Of a stretch of 64,000 nucleotides of DNA, positions 58,414-64,000 are shown in pieces. This stretch comes from Vulcanimicrobiota bacterium (GTDB taxonomy: Bacteria; Vulcanimicrobiota; Vulcanimicrobiia; Vulcanimicrobiales; Vulcanimicrobiaceae). Where the stretch lies: NCBI GenBank assembly GCA_963820825.1, contig CAWGBN010000006.1:1-64000 (forward strand), read 5' to 3'. The notes beneath the pieces were generated by a model. It was given only the letters and a program-made list of their open reading frames with translations, searched no databases and had not been told where the DNA came from. How positions within the stretch are numbered: position 1 is the first letter of the stretch; each line of letters begins with the position of its first letter. Position numbers and translations under genes: made by a program.

Positions 58414-58416
58414 CCG

Positions 58417-60894
58417 CTAGCGCTTGACGGGCTTGCGGAGCGACCGGCGCTTGAGGACGCCGTTGCGGCGCTTTGCCTGACCCGGACGCAAGCGCAGCGG
58501 CACGACGTTGCTCACCTTCGATTGATCGCCGAGCGGCACCGGCGAGATGACGCGTTTGCCGAGCGCGTGATGGAAGACCTCGGAGAGCTCGTCGACCGGA
58601 ACGAAGCTCATGCTCTCGCGGATCTCCTTGGGAATGTCCTCGAGGTCGATCTCGTTGCGCCGCGGGTAGAGGATCTTGCTGATGCCCGCGCGCTTTGCGC
58701 CGAGCACCTTCTCCTTGAGACCGCCGATCGGCAAGACTTGGCCGGTCAAGGTGATCTCGCCGGTCATCGCCAGACTCGGATCGACCTTGATGCCGGTCAG
58801 CATCGAGGCGAGCGAGGTTGCCAGTGCGATGCCGGCCGAGGGTCCGTCCTTCGGCGTCGCGCCGGTGGGAACGTGAATGTGTATGTCGTGTTTGGAGAAG
58901 TACTCTTCTGGTAAGCCGAGCTCGTTCGAGCGCGATCGCAGAAACGAGACGGCGGCCTGCGCGCTCTCCTTCATGACGTCGCCGAGCTGTCCGGTGAGCA
59001 CGAGTTTTCCGGTGCCCGGCATCCCCTGCGTTTCGATGAAGAGAATGTCGCCGCCGACCGGCGTGTAGGCCATGCCGGTCGCGACGCCGACCGATGCAAC
59101 TCGTTTGCGCACTTCGTTGAAGAAGCGCGGTTTGCTGAGATAGTCGGCGAGATTCTCCGGCTTGACCCGCGCCTTGAAGCGCGAACTCTCGGCGATCTTG
59201 CGCGCGGTTTTGCGGAAGACGCTTCCGATCTCGCGTTCCAGGTTGCGAACGCCCGCCTCGCGCGTGTAGTCGTTGATGATCGCGCGAAGGGCGGCGTCGC
59301 TGATCTGCGCCTGCGACTCGCGCAAGCCGTTGTTCTCGCGCTGCTTCTTGACCAGGTAGCGTCGTGCGATCTGCAGCTTCTCGAGCTCGGTGTATCCCGA
59401 GAGCGTGATGATCTCCATGCGGTCGCGCAGCGGCGGCGAGATCGTATCGAGCGTGTTGGCGGTGCAGATGAAGAGCACTTGCGAGAGATCGAACGGCAGA
59501 TCGAGATAGTGATCGCGAAAGTGAACGTTCTGTTCGGGATCGAGCACCTCGAGCAGCGCGGATTGCGGGTCGCCGCGAAAATCCGAGCCGACCTTGTCGA
59601 TCTCGTCGATCATCATGACTGGGTTGCGCGTTCCGGCGTCGCGGATCGCTCGCACGATCGAGCCCGGCATCGCGCCGATATAGGTGCGGCGATGACCGCG
59701 GATCTCGGCTTCGTCGTGCACGCCGCCGACCGAGAGACGGACGAACTTGCGGCCCATCGCGCGCGCGATCGATTGGCCGAGCGAGGTCTTGCCGACGCCC
59801 GGCGGCCCGACGAAACAGAGGATCGGTCCGGTCAATCGCTTCTTGAGTTTGCCGACCGCTAAATACTCGATGATCCGTTCCTTGATCTTGTCGAGGTCGT
59901 AGTGATCCTCATCGAGGATCGTGCGCGCGGCCTTGATATCGATGTGATCGGCAGTCTCGGTATTCCACGGCAGCGTGACGAGCCAGTCGAGATAGGTGCG
60001 AATGACCCCATACTCGGGGCTCGCTTGCGGCACGCGCGAGAGGCGCTCGAGCTCGCGATCGGCGGCCTTTTTGACCTCTTCGGGCATCGCGGCTGCGTCG
60101 ATCTTCGTGCGCAGCTCGTTGGTCTCGGCTTGCTGCGGATCGACCTCGCCCAACTCTTCCTGAATCGCGCGCAGCTGCTGGCGGAGATAGAACTCGCGCT
60201 GATTCTTCTCCATCTCGCGCTGGATGTCGCTTTGAATCTTGTGACCGAGCTCGACGACTTCCAGCTCTTTGGTGAGCAGAAGCGTCAGCTTGCGCATCCG
60301 CTTGGCCGTATCGCGCTCTTCGAGCAGGGCTTGGCGATCAGCCGTCTCCAACCGCATCGTCGATGCGACGAAGTAGGTCAGAACGACCGGATCGGTGATA
60401 TTCGCAACCTCCATCTCCATCTCGCGCGGAGCCTGCGGCAGATAGGAGAGGAGCTTCTGGAATAGGCCGGCGAGATTGCGCTGCATTGCGACGAGCTCTT
60501 CGTTTTCGACCGTCGAATCGGGGAGCTCGGTATAGGCCGCAACCATATAGGGCGCCGTCTGCGTGAACTGCTCGATCTTGAAGACTTGCTGCCCGGCGAC
60601 GATGCAGCGCAGCGTTCCGTCGGGAACCTTGAGCATCTTCTGAATGACGCCGATCGTTCCGATCCGTTGCACGTCGTCGGGACCGGGATCTTCGATTTCG
60701 CGATCGCGCAGCACGACCAGTCCGATCGGCTTGCCTTCGCGAAGTGCCTCTTCGACGAGCTGGATGCCGGGCTTCTTGACGACCGCGAGCGGGATGACGG
60801 TGTGCGGGAAGAGCACCGCTTCCTGCAGGGGCAGAATGCCGATCAGGTTCGCGGGCACGATGGCGCTTTCGTTTTTCTCGGGTTTCTCGGGCAT
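58417..60894 (-). CDS. lon: ATP-dependent Lon protease
   Basis: [38 protein letters not shown] and IGGLKEK motifs. Confidence 0.98.
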   Translation of the reverse strand: MPEKPEKNESAIVPANLIGILPLQEAVLFPHTVIPLAVVKKPGIQLVEEALREGKPIGLVVLRDREIEDPGPDDVQRIGTIGVIQKMLKVPDGTLRCIVAGQQVFKIEQFTQTAPYMVAAYTELPDSTVENEELVAMQRNLAGLFQKLLSYLPQAPREMEMEVANITDPVVLTYFVASTMRLETADRQALLEERDTAKRMRKLTLLLTKELEVVELGHKIQSDIQREMEKNQREFYLRQQLRAIQEELGEVDPQQAETNELRTKIDAAAMPEEVKKAADRELERLSRVPQASPEYGVIRTYLDWLVTLPWNTETADHIDIKAARTILDEDHYDLDKIKERIIEYLAVGKLKKRLTGPILCFVGPPGVGKTSLGQSIARAMGRKFVRLSVGGVHDEAEIRGHRRTYIGAMPGSIVRAIRDAGTRNPVMMIDEIDKVGSDFRGDPQSALLEVLDPEQNVHFRDHYLDLPFDLSQVLFICTANTLDTISPPLRDRMEIITLSGYTELEKLQIARRYLVKKQRENNGLRESQAQISDAALRAIINDYTREAGVRNLEREIGSVFRKTARKIAESSRFKARVKPENLADYLSKPRFFNEVRKRVASVGVATGMAYTPVGGDILFIETQGMPGTGKLVLTGQLGDVMKESAQAAVSFLRSRSNELGLPEEYFSKHDIHIHVPTGATPKDGPSAGIALATSLASMLTGIKVDPSLAMTGEITLTGQVLPIGGLKEKVLGAKRAGISKILYPRRNEIDLEDIPKEIRESMSFVPVDELSEVFHHALGKRVISPVPLGDQSKVSNVVPLRLRPGQAKRRNGVLKRRSLRKPVKR

Positions 60895-60897
60895 CGT

Positions 60898-61287
60898 TTA
60901 GGAGTGAGTCCTCTTTACCATCACGTGAAGTTCGGTACGCGCCGTGGGCATGTATGCGGTCGCCGCAAGCGGCGCGACGACGACGAGCATGCCGTCTTCA
61001 TAGCTTGCCGCGACGCCTTCGTACTCGACGGCGACCGGCAATGGAACTCGCTTCACGAACTCGCCGGTAACGATCTCCTTTTGAACGAAGGATCCGCGCC
61101 GCCGGCGAGCCGAGCCGAACCGGCGGCCGGCGACGACGAGATAACGCTCGTCGATCCCGACCCGTAAGCTCTCGGGGTCGGCTCCGGCGACCTCGACGAC
61201 GACGACGACGCGACGCCCTTCCTCATCGACGAAGACGTCGGCGTTCGGCTGGAACGTCCCGAGGCGGGCCCGCAGTACGAACTCCAT
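60898..61287 (-). CDS. Hsp20/alpha-crystallin family protein
   Basis: P.ADV, VEVAG.D, EI..G.F...V.LP and A.YEDGML motifs; AAGGAG SD. Confidence 0.85.
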   Translation of the reverse strand: MEFVLRARLGTFQPNADVFVDEEGRRVVVVVEVAGADPESLRVGIDERYLVVAGRRFGSARRRRGSFVQKEIVTGEFVKRVPLPVAVEYEGVAASYEDGMLVVVAPLAATAYMPTARTELHVMVKRTHS

Positions 61288-61332
61288 TGCTCCTTACAAA
61301 CCCCCTGAATTAGCAGTCGGATGCGGCGTCTG

Positions 61333-61881
61333 CTACATCGAGGGGTCGGGAAGCGTGCGGCCGGACGGCCAGACGACGCAGGGGGCCGTCTGGATGCGCA
61401 ACGGGGTCAGGGCGTTGGGCGGGATCTGCACCCGGAAGAGCTGCGGGTGCTTAGTTGGGACGCCGTAGACGGTCGTCGGCGGGAATCCGGTCACGTTGTA
61501 GCCCGGGACGTGGGTCGCCGAGAGTACCCGGTTGATCGCCGTCGCGTCGGCCGCCGACTGATAATCCTTCGTTCGCTGGCCCAACCAGGTCGAGCCGTCT
61601 TCCAATGTGTAGAGAAATCCGATGATCTCGTTCGGAGTCATCGTCGCGGTCGAAAGAACCAGATCGATACGCACGATCTGCATTCCGCGCGAGACCGGCG
61701 ACTGTAGGACCTTCGGCACCGGGCGCAACGAGTCGAGACACGAACCATTTTGGAGCGGCTCTTGCTGCATCGGCGCAGCCGCGGGCATGCTCTGCGGCGG
61801 CGGTTGCGCCGGTCCCGGAGGCGGCTGCTGCGCGACGGCAGAGCTTAAAGCGGCGAGAACGAACGTAGCTATTGCAACCAT
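61333..61881 (-). CDS. Secreted hypothetical protein (start 61881 or 61959)
   Basis: Signal peptide, Pro/Gln-rich linker, Cys pair. Confidence 0.6.
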   Translation of the reverse strand: MVAIATFVLAALSSAVAQQPPPGPAQPPPQSMPAAAPMQQEPLQNGSCLDSLRPVPKVLQSPVSRGMQIVRIDLVLSTATMTPNEIIGFLYTLEDGSTWLGQRTKDYQSAADATAINRVLSATHVPGYNVTGFPPTTVYGVPTKHPQLFRVQIPPNALTPLRIQTAPCVVWPSGRTLPDPSM

Positions 61882-61958
61882 GCTCGCACTCTTCGCACCG
61901 TGGGTCCCTTCATCATTTGCAGTCGTCCGCGGCGCGACGAACTCGTCGCGGTTTTTCA

Positions 61959-63284
61959 TTGACGCCTAAACTTTTACGCCGTCTGGGCATGCGCGACGCC
62001 GCCCTGATCGTGATGGGCGGCATCATCGGTTCGGGTATCTTCATGAATCCGTCGGTCGTCGCGCGCTTCGTCCGCAGCGGTCTGCTGGTAATGGGCGTAT
62101 GGACGGCGGGCGGTGTCGTGGCGCTCCTGGGCGCGGGGATCTTCGCCGAGCTCGCCGCGCGCCGGCCCCACGACGGCGGGCTCTATGCCTATCTCCGCGA
62201 CGCCTTTCATCCGGCGCTCGCGTTCATCTTCGGATGGACGCTCTTACTCGTTTCGCAGAGCGGCGGAATGGCGGCGGCGGCGGTAACCTTCGCAAACTAC
62301 TTCGGACAGTTCACCGGCCTTACGTTGCCGCTCCGAGCCGTCGCCGCGGCCGCGATCGCGGTCTTCACCGCGATTAACGCGCTCGGGGTTCGCACCGGAA
62401 CGACCACGCAGAACGCGTTCATGGTCTTAAAGATCGCGGCGATCGCCGCCTTTGCCGCGATCGGTCTCTTCGCCGTCCACGCCGTCGCCAACGCGCCGGA
62501 AGCTGTTCCGCCCAGCGGAACGATCGCAACGCTCGGACTCGCGATGGTGCCGGTGCTCTTCGCCTACAGCGGTTGGCAGACGTCGAGCTTCATGACCGCC
62601 GAACTGCGCGATCCGCACGCAACGCTGCCGCGCGGGCTGCTCGCCGGTGTCGTGCTCGTCGTTGCGCTCTATCTCGGGGTCAACGCGACGTGCCTGCACG
62701 TGCTTGGGATTCACGCCCTCGCGCTCACCAATACGCCGGCGTCGGACGTTGCGGAGATCGCCTTCGGTTCGGCCGGCAGAGTCGCAATTGCGATCGTGAT
62801 CGCGATTTCGACCCTCGGATTCTTGAGCAACCAGATCCTGACGTCGCCGCGCGTCTACTTTCAAATGGCGGCCGACGGTACGTTCTTCAAACCGCTCGCT
62901 GCGGTCAACGCACAGACGCACGCGCCGGTCTTGGCGATCGTGGTACAGGGCGCGGTCGCGGTCGTCATTACGCTCTTTCTCAACTACGGGCAGATCCTCA
63001 ACTACGTCACGTCGAACGACTACATCTTCTTCGGGCTCTCGGCGATCGCGCTGATCGTCTTTCGCAGACGCGACGCGCGCGATCCGCAAGCGCCGCGTCC
63101 GTTCTTTACCATGCCGGGGCACCCATTCACGACGGTGATCTTCCTGGCCGCTGCGTGGTACATCGTCGGCAACACGATCGTAAACTCGCCGCACGACACG
63201 CTCATCGGCGTTGCGATACTGCTCTCCGGCCTCCCGGTCTATTGGCTATTTACGCGCCGGCAGCGCCGCGAGAATCCTCGGTAG
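61959..63284 (+). CDS. APC-family amino acid permease
   Basis: GGIIGSGIF, AEL....P..GG.Y.YL, FAYSGW and E...P..TLPR motifs; about 12 TMs. Confidence 0.92.
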   Translation: MTPKLLRRLGMRDAALIVMGGIIGSGIFMNPSVVARFVRSGLLVMGVWTAGGVVALLGAGIFAELAARRPHDGGLYAYLRDAFHPALAFIFGWTLLLVSQSGGMAAAAVTFANYFGQFTGLTLPLRAVAAAAIAVFTAINALGVRTGTTTQNAFMVLKIAAIAAFAAIGLFAVHAVANAPEAVPPSGTIATLGLAMVPVLFAYSGWQTSSFMTAELRDPHATLPRGLLAGVVLVVALYLGVNATCLHVLGIHALALTNTPASDVAEIAFGSAGRVAIAIVIAISTLGFLSNQILTSPRVYFQMAADGTFFKPLAAVNAQTHAPVLAIVVQGAVAVVITLFLNYGQILNYVTSNDYIFFGLSAIALIVFRRRDARDPQAPRPFFTMPGHPFTTVIFLAAAWYIVGNTIVNSPHDTLIGVAILLSGLPVYWLFTRRQRRENPR

Positions 63285-63970
63285 AACCTCGGCGGCGGTG
63301 CCGCGCAGCACGCAATCGACCCGATCGCTGAGCGCAGTCGCCTCCGGATTGATCTCCGCAACGAAAGCGCGACCGTTGTAATGCGTCGCGAGCGCCGCGG
63401 CGGGATAGACGACCGCGCTCGTGCCGACGACCAGGATCACGTCGGCCCGCGACGCCGCGCGCTCCGCCTCGCGCCAGACGGCCGCCGGAGCGGCTCGCCG
63501 AACCAAACGATATCGGGGCGAAATCGCCCGCCGCACTCGTGATCGATTTTGTCGAGCGGCATTCCCGGAGCATCGAACGGGCGGCGCGCACCGCAGTTCG
63601 AGCAGCGCGCTTCGCGCAGGTTGCCGTGAAGCTCGAGCACGTTGCGCGAACCCGCGCGCAGGTGCAACGAATCGACGTTCTGCGTCGCCAGCGTGAAGTC
63701 GGGAACCAGCTCTTCGAGCCGGACGAGCGCACCGTGTCCGGCGTTCGGCTCGGCGCGGGCGTGCGCCGCTCTGCGTTCGTTGTACCAAGTCCAGACGAGT
63801 TGCGGATCGCGCGCGAACCCTTCGGGGGAGGCGAGATCCTCGACGCGATGCGTCCGCCAGAGACCGCCGACGCCGCGAAACGTCGGCAGGCCGCTCTCCG
63901 CCGAGATACCCGAACCGGTCAGAACGAAGACCGAGTTCGCGCGCTGAAGCGCGGTTACGAGCGCTTCCAT
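63246..63970 (-). pseudogene. cobB: NAD-dependent deacylase (sirtuin) with -1 frameshift near 63487 (real or sequencing error)
   Basis: GSGISAESG.PTFRG, TQNVD.LH, HG and RPDIVWFGE in one frame; VGTS.VVYPAA and EINP in another; one added C restores L-P-A-A-V-W. Confidence 0.88.
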
Positions 63971-64000
63971 CGCTAGGCCTTGACCGCCGCGCGATGGTGG

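Overview
High-GC bacterial chromosomal window with no rRNA, tRNA, CRISPR array or transposase that I can see. The gene content (GloVer-repeat lipoprotein, delta-60 protein, Firmicutes-like trmH-yqzL-pheST order at high GC) suggests Ca. Eremiobacterota/WPS-2; this is inference. The left 24.5 kb is a surface-polysaccharide locus. One minus-strand operon runs: priming glycosyltransferase, stand-alone NRPS adenylation-PCP didomain (specificity code read as DAWFLGNVVK, Leu-type), cytochrome P450, GNAT-like acyltransferase, PPTase, GT2, beta-propeller, NodB-like protein, wza, Wzz/GumC-type co-polymerase, wzx, wzy/ligase. It is flanked by a deacetylase, a GT4, a GloVer protein and two divergent Cys-rich secreted paralogs. 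The best candidate for an undescribed system is this condensation-domain-free A-PCP/P450/GNAT/PPTase cassette, which plausibly decorates the polysaccharide with a (hydroxy)leucyl group. The right 40 kb is mostly core genes: glmU, gltX, an isobutyryl-CoA-mutase-type B12 enzyme with meaB, GH125, tricorn protease, membrane glycosyltransferases, aceA-aceB, tag, rocD, infC-rpmI-rplT, pheST, selD, lon, hsp20 and cobB. Features missed by the ORF track include an ERIC/RPE-like 101-bp palindromic element, a collapsed glycosyltransferase pseudogene marking a tandem duplication, unlisted small ORFs (YqzL-like, and a 56-aa ORF inside the mutase operon), candidate ATC/ATA starts, a shared palindromic operator, a catalytically dead serine hydrolase and three single-base frameshifts that may be sequencing errors. 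All family calls come from motif recognition by eye, not database searches.
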